A stretch of DNA of 24,000 bases from an uncultured Eubacteriales bacterium (lineage in GTDB: Bacteria; Bacillota; Clostridia; Peptostreptococcales; Anaerovoracaceae), in NCBI GenBank assembly GCA_900545135.1, contig UQXL01000003.1, positions 84,938 to 108,937 of the forward strand. The letters run 5' to 3'. The notes under the pieces are model-generated. The model worked only from the letters and a program-made list of their open reading frames with translations. It had not been told where the DNA came from and searched no databases. Position 1 is the first letter of the stretch, and each line of letters starts with the position of its first letter. The translations under genes were made by a program, and so were the position numbers. Positions 8,344 to 16,042 of this stretch are shown piece by piece.

Positions 8344-8372
8344 GAACAGGCGAAAAATCGCCTGTTCTTTTT
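8344..8372 (+). terminator. Rho-independent terminator after the lipoprotein gene
   Basis: GAACAGGCGA-AAAA-TCGCCTGTTC then TTTTT. Confidence 0.9.
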
Positions 8373-8570
8373 ATGCCGGAAAGGAGTGCATCTGACCTTG
8401 CTCCGGGAACTCAAATGGTAACTTAAAGAAAACAAATAAAACTCCCTGCAAAACATATCACATTCACATGGAGTTTTATTCTTTGCGTAAATTTATTCTG
8501 TTTCTGCTTGCATTTCTGCTCGCACCCTGCCACAGCACCGCTTCAGTTTTGCTGTCACATTATCGCTCCC

Positions 8571-9134
8571 TTACTGCGTCCACTGGGCATATAAAGTCAC
8601 GTCGCTGGTCACATCGATGGTGGAACCTGCCTGATACGTCGTCCCTCCGCCTCCGGCCTCGGTATTCCAGCCCGTAAAAGTAAATCCTGCTCTGCTCACG
8701 CTGGCCGCAGTATCGGATTTCACCGAATACTGCGTTCCCGATGCTATTCCGCTGTCCGTGGTTCCGCCTGTTCCTCCGTTCGGGTCATAAGTGACGCTGA
8801 AAGTCTGTGTCGTCGTCCACTGAGCATATAAAGTAATGTCCCTGTCGACCGTTATTTTTTCACCCGGCTGATATTCAGTTCCTCCGCCTCCGGCCTCTGT
8901 GTTCCAGCCGCTAAAAGTATACCCCGGCCTCGTTATCCCTGTCTCCGCGAGACTTTTAACGGTGTACTCAGTTCCTGCTTCTATACCCGTATCCTGATAG
9001 GAGCCTTCCCCTCCGTTGGCGTCGTAAGTCACCGTAAATCCGGCCGATGCTCCCATCCGAAATATCCTGCACCACCTTACGCTGCAGCAGCATGGCTGAC
9101 AGGTTCCGCAAGTGTTATTTCTGCATCTACTCAT
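8571..9134 (-). CDS. Cys-rich head plus two InlB B-repeat/Flg_new-type beta repeats; paralogue of 4853-5560
   Basis: MSRCRNNTCGTCQPCCCSVRWCRIFRMG..., then two units FTVTYDANGGEG...RPGYTFSGWNTEAGGGGTEY...DITLYAQW and FSVTYDPNGGTGG...AGFTFTGWNTEAGGGGTTY...DVTLYAQW; AAGAAAGGA before the ATG at 9134. Confidence 0.87.
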   Translation of the reverse strand: MSRCRNNTCGTCQPCCCSVRWCRIFRMGASAGFTVTYDANGGEGSYQDTGIEAGTEYTVKSLAETGITRPGYTFSGWNTEAGGGGTEYQPGEKITVDRDITLYAQWTTTQTFSVTYDPNGGTGGTTDSGIASGTQYSVKSDTAASVSRAGFTFTGWNTEAGGGGTTYQAGSTIDVTSDVTLYAQWTQ

Positions 9135-9306
9135 AAATGAAAATCCTTTCTTGAACAAATTCAGTAAATTAGTCAAATTATACTGATACGTTATTATATT
9201 ATTAAATTCGCCCCTGCTTTGTTCAAGATGAGTATGCAAAGCATCTCCGCTTAGGCAGTTTATGCAGAAAGTTCTTTATACCTAAGTCACCTGTTTTATG
9301 CTTAAA

Positions 9307-10671
9307 TCACCTGCGCTCTGTTATGTTTCTTTCTATGCGATCTTTTCTTTCCATATATATGAACATGGAAAGGCACAATATGATCTGTACGGCGCTTGAG
9401 GCCGGAGTAGCGAGACCTATCTGAAACAGCGTCGCCCCGGAAATTCTGCTTATCAGATACGCTGTAGGTATCCTTACAAAGAAAGCTCCGGTCAGACCCT
9501 GCAGCATGACGAACAAGGTCTTTTCACAGCCGTTATAATAGCCCATGAAGCAGAACAGAAACGGCGTAAGCAGGCAGTCTATCGCATAAGCTTTCAGATA
9601 ACTCTGCGATGCCGCTATGATGCCGACGTCCTTGGAAAATATCCATGACAACAGATCTCCGTGGAAGAAAGTTATGTAGGACATTACAAGTCCGGCAGCA
9701 AAGGCAGTCATAATGCCATATTTCAGCGCTTTCTTGGCCCTTTCCGGATTGCATGCGCCCATATTCTGAGCTACAAAGGCCGACATTGACTGCATATACG
9801 CTGATGGAACCAGCATTATAAATACGCACACCTTTTCTGCCACTCCCACGCCAGCTGAAGCTGTAACGCCGAAAGAGTTGACGATAGTCTGTATCACAAG
9901 GAACGAGATACCTACCAAAAGTTCCTGCAAAGCTACTGGTATCCCTAGTTTCAGCTCAGTCCCTATAATCTTTTTATTGAATTTTATATAGTCCTTTGAA
10001 AACTCGAAAGGCAGATTTTTTCTCTTTGTAATTACGATAAAGGATATGACAACGCTTACCGCCTGAGCGGCTACAGTAGCTAATGCCGCGCCTGCCGCTC
10101 CCATATTGAAAACCGCCACCAACAGCAGGTCTCCTGCTATGTTGACGACGCAGGCTATGGCTACTGTCATCAGCGGCGTTCTCGAATCTCCTATTCCCCT
10201 GAATATGGCTCCCAGCACGTTATATGCGACGATGAAAACGGATCCGGCGCCGCATATAAGGATATAAGATGATGTCTGAGAAACAGCTTCTGCAGGCGCG
10301 TTCAGTATCCCCGTCAGAAATCCGCTGCCTGCGGTCGTAATTACGGTCATCAGTGCAGCGGACACCGCGAAAAGGCAAATTCCCGAGCCTATAGCTTTAC
10401 CGGCTTCATCGGATTTTCTCATGCCTGTCTTTTCGCCGACCAATATCGTGATTCCCATTGAAAGGCCGGTGATGATCATGGTCACTGTAGATAAAAGCAT
10501 ACTGCCTGTCGCCACGCCCGAAACGTCTTCCGTCTCGGCAAACTTGCCGACCACAAGCAGGTCTATACCGCCGTAAAGAGCTTGAAGAAACAGTGTAAAA
10601 AACACAGGAACCGCAAAACCCGTCAGCGTTCCAAGTATATTTCCTTCTGTCAGATTATACTTTCTTTCCAT
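9307..10671 (-). CDS. MATE family efflux transporter
   Basis: From MERKYNLTEGNILGTLTGFAVPVFFTLFLQALYGGIDLLVVGKFA: multi-TM MATE signature; GIGDSRTPLMTV, VAQNMGACNPERAKKAL. Confidence 0.93.
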   Translation of the reverse strand: MERKYNLTEGNILGTLTGFAVPVFFTLFLQALYGGIDLLVVGKFAETEDVSGVATGSMLLSTVTMIITGLSMGITILVGEKTGMRKSDEAGKAIGSGICLFAVSAALMTVITTAGSGFLTGILNAPAEAVSQTSSYILICGAGSVFIVAYNVLGAIFRGIGDSRTPLMTVAIACVVNIAGDLLLVAVFNMGAAGAALATVAAQAVSVVISFIVITKRKNLPFEFSKDYIKFNKKIIGTELKLGIPVALQELLVGISFLVIQTIVNSFGVTASAGVGVAEKVCVFIMLVPSAYMQSMSAFVAQNMGACNPERAKKALKYGIMTAFAAGLVMSYITFFHGDLLSWIFSKDVGIIAASQSYLKAYAIDCLLTPFLFCFMGYYNGCEKTLFVMLQGLTGAFFVRIPTAYLISRISGATLFQIGLATPASSAVQIILCLSMFIYMERKDRIERNITERR

Positions 10672-10827
10672 CGTTTCCCTCCTCAAACTTCGTATGATGT
10701 TCGGATGGCGCGGCTCAGGCAGAGGCACGTTTCAGACTGCGGCGCGCCGTTTTCTGCAATAATTTTCTGGCTGCGGCGCGCCGTCACCGCTCCTCAAAAC
10801 GATCCTCATGGCTTGCCTACTCAATAC

Positions 10828-10876
10828 AAAAAGGGCCGGACAAGTAACAGATATTTCAATCTGTGCCTTATCCGGC
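10828..10876 (-). terminator. Hairpin with T run on the minus strand, candidate terminator
   Basis: Minus strand GCCGGATAAG...CAGAT-TGAAAT-ATCTG...CTTGTCCGGC followed by CCTTTTT. Confidence 0.55.
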
Positions 10877-11201
10877 TCATCATTTCTTTTGAATGATTTG
10901 CCCTCCGAGCAAGCATTTCCATTATATCAGATAGAATGTACAAGTCAAGTGGCGCATGTGCGTTGTCTCCAGGAAGCGTCTTGCCTACTGCGTGCAGGCT
11001 GCGAACAAGCGCGGCCTGCAGGATCATGCGAAACAATTTTTCTAAACATAATGAAAGAGCAGCCGCAGCCACTCTTTAAATCTGATAAAACTACAAGATG
11101 GGCGGCGTATCCATCATCTCAGGTACTCCAAAGGAGTGTGTCGGGAGCCTTTCCGACCTTTGCAGTTTTATTTGTTTTATTGTATTTCAATTATATTGAG
11201 T

Positions 11202-11583
11202 TTATTCTATTTTGTCAAATTTTTTTAATCTGCCGCTTTTCAGACGGCTTTCTATTTTTGATTTCGTAATGGGATGCAGGGTTGCTACATATAAACAATC
11301 ATCTTTAACATCCACTTTTATCCCTATTTGCAGATTATTTTTATATATTTTTTACAAGTTCAAAACTCACTCCCTTTTCATTCGGATTTCGTCCTATATA
11401 ATCAGGATTTGAAATAATTTCAGGAATTATCGGAATATATTTTACACAGCTTGGATGGCGTTTTTGTATATGTTTTATTAAACCATTTGACTGATATATT
11501 TTCGCGCCGAAAATTATATCATCATAAACTCCACTTATCTCTTTATCTATAATTCCAACTGCGAAAGACTTAACTTTCGTCAT
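11202..11583 (-). pseudogene. PBECR-like (phage Barnase-EndoU-ColicinE5/D-RelE-like) nuclease-fold protein, frameshifted
   Basis: Upstream ORF ...GAKIYQSNGLIKHIQKRHPSCVKYIPIIPEIISNPDYIGRNPNEKGVSFELVKNI*, and in another frame downstream NNLQIGIKVDVKDDCLYVATLHPITKSKIESRLKSGRLKKFDKIE*. Together they give the HIxKRHP...IPEIIxNPDYIG...LYVATxxPIT...SGRLKK pattern. Confidence 0.6.
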
Positions 11584-11797
11584 ATCTACTCCTTGCTGAT
11601 ATTCTCCAATTCAAAGCTTATTTTTATAATTATAAGTTAAACATTTCTTTCATGTTTTAGATAAATTTTTAATACCATAATTTTATATATTTGTCTATAT
11701 ATTTTCACTCTCCTTTGCATTTATTTTCGGTCGTTTTCGCAATCCTGTCGGCCAAAGCGGGTTCGAGTCCCTTCCTTCTATATGCTCACCAATCGAA

Positions 11798-11823
11798 AAA
11801 GAGATGTCAACTGACATCTCTTT
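11798..11823 (-). terminator. Terminator of tRNA-Arg
   Basis: AAAGAGATGTCA/TGACATCTCTTT perfect 12-bp arms, T run on the minus strand, just downstream of the minus-strand tRNA. Confidence 0.8.
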
Positions 11824-11828
11824 CCCGA

Positions 11829-11905
11829 TGGTGCGCCATGAGGGACTCGAACCCCCAACCTTCGCATTCGTAGTGCGCGACTCTATCCAATTGAGCTAAT
11901 GGCGC
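11829..11905 (-). tRNA. tRNA-Arg (anticodon ACG), CCA encoded
   Basis: GCGCCATTAGCTCAATTGGATAGAGTCGCGCACTACGAATGCGAAGGTTGGGGGTTCGAGTCCCTCATGGCGCACCA: 7-bp acceptor GCGCCAT/ATGGCGC, loop CTACGAA. Confidence 0.95.
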
Positions 11906-12085
11906 GTATCATGAATTTTATGCGCTATACTTAAGTATTATATACAATTATAAAACAAAAGTCAATCAGATATATCTTTTTCTCGGGCTTAATTTAAAAT
12001 TTCCGCAGAAAGCAGGGCGCAGGGAGCCGCGCAGTTCCCTAGTGACACTACATTCCGGTGGTTCGAAGCATGCATGCTTTCGCTC

Positions 12086-12114
12086 CTTGCTTTTCGCTGA
12101 AAATGTAGTATAAT
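12086..12114 (+). promoter_or_regulatory. Candidate promoter for the QueG-like gene
   Basis: TTGCTT (12086-12091), 17 bp, TATAAT (12109-12114). Confidence 0.5.
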
Positions 12115-12143
12115 CTTAATTGACGCTAGGAGGGTGGCAAATC

Positions 12144-12884
12144 ATGAAAGGAAAAATACAAGCTGAAATTCAAAGACTTATGGAAGAATACTGTGCCGAT
12201 GCTGGAATAGAGAGCCTTTGGCGGGAACCGGTCGTAAAATACGGCGACGTCAAAAGTCCTCTGTTTGACAAATTAAAGGAACTGGTCGATCCGAACCACT
12301 ACCATCCGCTGGACTATCTTCCTCAGGCCACGGCTGTGCTGTCATATTTCCTGCCTTTTAAAAGAGAAGTCATGGAAAGCAATATAGAGGGAACTTTGAT
12401 TTCTGACCTTTGGGCTCTGGCCTATGAACATTCCAATAAAATGGCCTCATATATAAACGAAAATCTCTGCCGTTTCATAAACGATCTTGGGTATGACGCA
12501 TGTCCGCCCAGCGATATAGGGATGATCAACGATGGATTTCCGAGGAGCAAATGGTCTCAGCGCCATGTGGCATACGTGTGCGGTCACGGAACTTTCGGCC
12601 TCAACAATATGCTTATTTCAGACAGAGGCTGCGTCGGCAGATATTATTCAATAATCACCGCACTTCCAATCGAAACTGACCCGGTGGTCACGGAAGAGAG
12701 ATGCCTTTATAAGCGAAACGGCGGCTGCAAACTCTGCGTAAAGAGATGCGTAGCTGAAGCCCTCACGGAAAAGGAATTTAAAAGGCTCAAATGCCTGGAT
12801 CAGTGCAACATCAATGAAGAAATTTACCCTGCCGCCAGCGCATGTGGAAAATGTGTAGTCGGACTTCCATGCTCGTTTAAATAA
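12144..12884 (+). CDS. Short epoxyqueuosine reductase (QueG)-like iron-sulfur protein
   Basis: AGGAGGG RBS before ATG 12144; VCGHGTFGLNNMLISDRGCVGRYYSIITALPIE and Cys motifs GGCKLCVKRC...CLDQC...CGKCVVGLPC. Confidence 0.7.
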   Translation: MKGKIQAEIQRLMEEYCADAGIESLWREPVVKYGDVKSPLFDKLKELVDPNHYHPLDYLPQATAVLSYFLPFKREVMESNIEGTLISDLWALAYEHSNKMASYINENLCRFINDLGYDACPPSDIGMINDGFPRSKWSQRHVAYVCGHGTFGLNNMLISDRGCVGRYYSIITALPIETDPVVTEERCLYKRNGGCKLCVKRCVAEALTEKEFKRLKCLDQCNINEEIYPAASACGKCVVGLPCSFK

Positions 12885-12924
12885 CCATGCTCGTTCAAAT
12901 AACCGCGCTCGTTTAAATAACCGC
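12871..12924. repeat. 3 x 18 bp tandem repeat overlapping the CDS 3' end
   Basis: GCTCGTTTAAATAACCAT / GCTCGTTCAAATAACCGC / GCTCGTTTAAATAACCGC. Confidence 0.9.
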
Positions 12925-13083
12925 CGAGCCGCCGGAGGAACTCATTGACGATTTTATTAAACGCAGGCAATAGTTTCATAAAAATCCAAAATAACATATT
13001 ATTGCCAAAATATAAAATAATCGTTGACAAACGGCTCTCAAAAAAGTATAATTGATACGCAGGTCAAAATTAACTTGCGTTTT

Positions 13084-13170
13084 GCGGCTGTGCTGGAATT
13101 GGCAGACAGGCAAGCTTGAGGTGCTTGTGTCCGAACGGGTGTACGGGTTCGAGTCCCGTTGGCCGCACCA
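13084..13170 (+). tRNA. tRNA-Leu (anticodon GAG), CCA encoded
   Basis: GCGGCTGTGCTGGAATTGGCAGACAGGCAAGCTTGAGGTGCTTGTGTCCGAACGGGTGTACGGGTTCGAGTCCCGTTGGCCGCACCA; anticodon stem CAAGC/GCTTG, loop TTGAGGT, long variable arm. Confidence 0.96.
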
Positions 13171-13183
13171 ACTAAATCAATCA

Positions 13184-13227
13184 AAAATATAACCGGTGGA
13201 GATTCATCCGTCGGTTATATTTTTTAT
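13184..13227 (+). terminator. Terminator after tRNA-Leu
   Basis: AATATAACCG...CGGTTATATTTTTTA. Confidence 0.75.
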
Positions 13228-13344
13228 ATACGTGTTCAGAAGCCAGCTCAATCTACTCCATAATTTCCTGCCGAAAAAATTTATAATTCTCAAAAAAATA
13301 TAAATAATATTTCTATAAATCAACAAAATGGCAGGTGAAAAAAT

Positions 13345-14445
13345 ATGACTTATGGAATAGCTAAGGAACTCTTAGCGCAGCTTGGCGGCGGCTGCAGCGC
13401 TCTGACGTGGGAAACGGAAAACGGACTGCATCTATGGGGCAGAAATTTCGATTTTAACAGGATAGCCGATGGCAGCAGGATCACCTATCTGCCTGAAAAC
13501 ACCTCTTTCTATACTATAGGCACAAGCCTTGAGGGCAACTTAGACGAAAGCTCGCAGCTGTATTCTAAATACGCCGTTCTTGGGACTGGATCTCTTGTCC
13601 TCCAGTCTACTCCCACTCTTTTCGAGGGAATTAACGAAAAAGGCCTCATGGGCGGACAGCTTTATTACCGTAAATTTGCTGAGTTCCCGGAACAAGTCAA
13701 GCAGGAACTTCTGCCGCTGCAGCCTGCGTTCGCAATGACTTATTTTTTGGCTCAGTGCCGCTCCGTAGAGGATGTGGTCTTTCATCTAAAAAACAAAGTA
13801 TGTCTGGTGAAGGCTCCTATCCTGGGCGCCGTTCCTCCCATTCACTGGATGTTCAGCGACCGTTCGGGAGAATCCATAATCATTGAATCCGACAAGAGTG
13901 GTCTGAATATATACAGAAACAGCATGGGCGTCCTCACCAACAGCCCCGGCTATCCGTGGCATCTGGAAAGCATGCTGAATTATCCCGGCATAAGAAAGCC
14001 GGACTTTGATGACCTTAAAATCAACGGAACAAGAATAGAACAATGCTTTTCCGGGAGCGGCTCGTCATGGCTGCCGGGCGGATGCACGTCGCCTGCCCGT
14101 TTCGTCAGACTGGCGTATCTGAAGCATTTATGTGAGAGAGGAAAAACTGAAATCGAAGGAACGTCGAGGATGTTCAGAATTCTGCAAAACGTCTCATTTC
14201 CTCTGGGTCTTGTAAGCGTTGCGCCGGACGAAAATCTTTCAGAATACGATGTCGGCGTTACTGCCTACGATTACACTATCTATACGGCTGTCATGTGCTC
14301 TGAATCCCTCAGCTTTTATTGGGCCACCTACGATAATCCCGAGCTGAGAAAAGTAAATCTTAATGAGCTGAAAGGCGAAAAGAAAATATTGCAATTTCTG
14401 CTGACGGAGCCGGAGGCTATGACAATAAGGCCGCGGCCTATATAA
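13345..14445 (+). CDS. Choloylglycine hydrolase / linear amide C-N hydrolase (Ntn) family protein
   Basis: GCSALTWETENGLHLWGRNFDFN nucleophile region; GLNE-type segment FEGINEKGLMGGQLYY; VLTNSPGYPWHLESMLNY; VRLAYLKHL. Confidence 0.88.
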   Translation: MTYGIAKELLAQLGGGCSALTWETENGLHLWGRNFDFNRIADGSRITYLPENTSFYTIGTSLEGNLDESSQLYSKYAVLGTGSLVLQSTPTLFEGINEKGLMGGQLYYRKFAEFPEQVKQELLPLQPAFAMTYFLAQCRSVEDVVFHLKNKVCLVKAPILGAVPPIHWMFSDRSGESIIIESDKSGLNIYRNSMGVLTNSPGYPWHLESMLNYPGIRKPDFDDLKINGTRIEQCFSGSGSSWLPGGCTSPARFVRLAYLKHLCERGKTEIEGTSRMFRILQNVSFPLGLVSVAPDENLSEYDVGVTAYDYTIYTAVMCSESLSFYWATYDNPELRKVNLNELKGEKKILQFLLTEPEAMTIRPRPI

Positions 14446-14510
14446 AACAGCGTGCGGCAATCAACGTCATAGGCCGCCATATCGGTTCCACAGGCCGGCA
14501 CGTCGATTTC

Positions 14511-14539
14511 AAAAAACAGACGGCTCCAAGGCCGTCTGT
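14511..14539 (-). terminator. Terminator of the fumarate hydratase genes
   Basis: Minus strand ACAGACGGC-CTTGGA-GCCGTCTGT followed by TTTTT. Confidence 0.85.
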
Positions 14540-14542
14540 CAT

Positions 14543-15103
14543 CTATTCCTTTTTCATATCCAGATATCTCTGTCTGCCCTCTTCATAAAGATTATGTCCT
14601 CTGCTGTCTATTACGACCACTGCGGGCAGATCTTCCACCTCCAGCCGTCTTATAGCCTCAGCTCCCAAGTCATCATAGGCTACGATTTCTGCTTTTTTAA
14701 TACAGCGGGAAAGCAAGGCCCCTGCTCCGCCTATCGCGCCGAAATATACGGCCTTGTTTTTTACCATCGAGTCAATGACTTCCTGCGAACGCTTCCCTTT
14801 GCCTATCATTCCTCTGAGGCCAAGGTCGAGAAGCTGCGGCGTATATGAATCCATGCGGTAACTGGTGGTAGGTCCCGCCGAGCCTATCGCCTGTCCCGGT
14901 TTTGCCGGCGCAGGACCTACATAATATATTATCGCGTCTTTTACATCTATCGGGAGTTCTTTGCTCCCGTCGAGCAGCTCTATAAGCCTTTTATGAGCTG
15001 CGTCCCTGCCCGTATATATCACTCCGCTTATCAGCACGTTATCTCCGCATTTCAGCTCTTCAGCCTGTTCGCGTGTAAACGGAACTGTGATGCGCTTTTC
15101 CAT
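14543..15103 (-). CDS. Fumarate hydratase class I, C-terminal (beta) subunit
   Basis: DVLISGVIYTGRDAAHKRL; DAIIYYVGPAPAKPGQAIGSAGPTTSYRMD; GKGKRS. Confidence 0.93.
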   Translation of the reverse strand: MEKRITVPFTREQAEELKCGDNVLISGVIYTGRDAAHKRLIELLDGSKELPIDVKDAIIYYVGPAPAKPGQAIGSAGPTTSYRMDSYTPQLLDLGLRGMIGKGKRSQEVIDSMVKNKAVYFGAIGGAGALLSRCIKKAEIVAYDDLGAEAIRRLEVEDLPAVVVIDSRGHNLYEEGRQRYLDMKKE

Positions 15104-15182
15104 TGGTTCATGCCTCCTTAAAATTCAGCGGCGGTCGGCCTAGCCGTGCTTATGGCCGTCCCCTGCCGCAAGTACGCCGCAT

Positions 15183-16022
15183 CTACAGCGTTTTGCTCTT
15201 GTGCCTCGTCACATGACAGTTGATGTTGACAGCGCATGGAAGTCCGGCAATGTGCGTCGGCATAGTCTCTATGTTTACGGCAAGCGCCGTAGTCTTTCCT
15301 CCGAAGCCCTGAGGCCCGATGCCGAGAGCGTTGATCTTCTCCAGCATTTCCTCTTCCATTTGACGGTAAAACTCATCTCCGCTATGCTGGTCAAGAGGCC
15401 TAAGAAGAGCTTTTTTCGCCATGAGAGCCGCTTTGTCAAATGTTCCTCCTATGCCTACTCCTACGACTATCGGCGGGCACGGATTGGGTCCTGCCTCCTC
15501 GACGGTTTTGAGAATGAACTCTTTGACGCCGTCGATTCCCTCCGACGGCTTGAGCATCTTTATCCGGCTCATGTTTTCACTGCCGAAGCCTTTAGGCGCT
15601 ACGGTGATCTTGAGTTCCTCGCCTTTCACGACGTCAAAGTAAAGCATTGCAGGCGTATTGTCGCCTGTATTTACTCTTCTTAAAGGATCGGCTACGCATG
15701 ATTTTCTGAGATAGCCTTGTTCGTAGCCCTGCCTTACGCCCTCGTCCACAGCTTCTTTTATATCGCCGTCTATATGGACGTCCTGTCCGATTTCAAGGAA
15801 AACGCAGGCCAGCCCTGTATCCTGACATACAGGAACATTTTCATCCGCCGCTATGCGGTAATTTTCTTCTATCTTTTCAAGCACGCTGCAGGCTATGTCA
15901 AAAGCCTCTCTGCTGCGGCTTTCTTCTATGGCTTTTCTTACGTCTTCAGGCAAAGCGCAGTTTGCTTCTATGCACAAATCCCTGACAGCCGATGTGATCT
16001 CCGTGGCTTTTATCTCTCTCAT
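15183..16022 (-). CDS. Fumarate hydratase class I, N-terminal (alpha, Fe-S) subunit
   Basis: [16 protein letters not shown]; [17 protein letters not shown]; [26 protein letters not shown]; [35 protein letters not shown]. Confidence 0.95.
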   Translation of the reverse strand: MREIKATEITSAVRDLCIEANCALPEDVRKAIEESRSREAFDIACSVLEKIEENYRIAADENVPVCQDTGLACVFLEIGQDVHIDGDIKEAVDEGVRQGYEQGYLRKSCVADPLRRVNTGDNTPAMLYFDVVKGEELKITVAPKGFGSENMSRIKMLKPSEGIDGVKEFILKTVEEAGPNPCPPIVVGVGIGGTFDKAALMAKKALLRPLDQHSGDEFYRQMEEEMLEKINALGIGPQGFGGKTTALAVNIETMPTHIAGLPCAVNINCHVTRHKSKTL

Positions 16023-16042
16023 ATCTCACCTCAGCTTATATT

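Noticed and set aside
10821-11269. Opposing ORFs at 10821-11072 (-) and 10808-11269 (+)
   Set aside because: Neither has a convincing RBS or domain. The minus-strand one could be a remnant of a small regulator N-terminus, but I cannot support it.
11691-11873. Plus-strand ORF ending RWCAMRDSNPQPSHS
   Set aside because: It reads through the antisense of tRNA-Arg; the RDSNPQPSHS tail is a familiar artefact of translating tRNA complements.
12000-12143. Possible preQ1 or other riboswitch ahead of the QueG-like gene
   Set aside because: The likely -10 is at 12109-12114, leaving only a short 5' UTR; the conspicuous hairpin lies upstream of the presumed transcription start.
12871-12924. Possible CRISPR array
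   Set aside because: 18-bp units are directly adjacent with no spacers, and no cas genes are present in the window.
12824-13030. Minus-strand ORF with GYLNEHGYLNEHG repeats
   Set aside because: The repetitive protein is just the translation of the 3 x 18 bp DNA tandem; no independent coding evidence.
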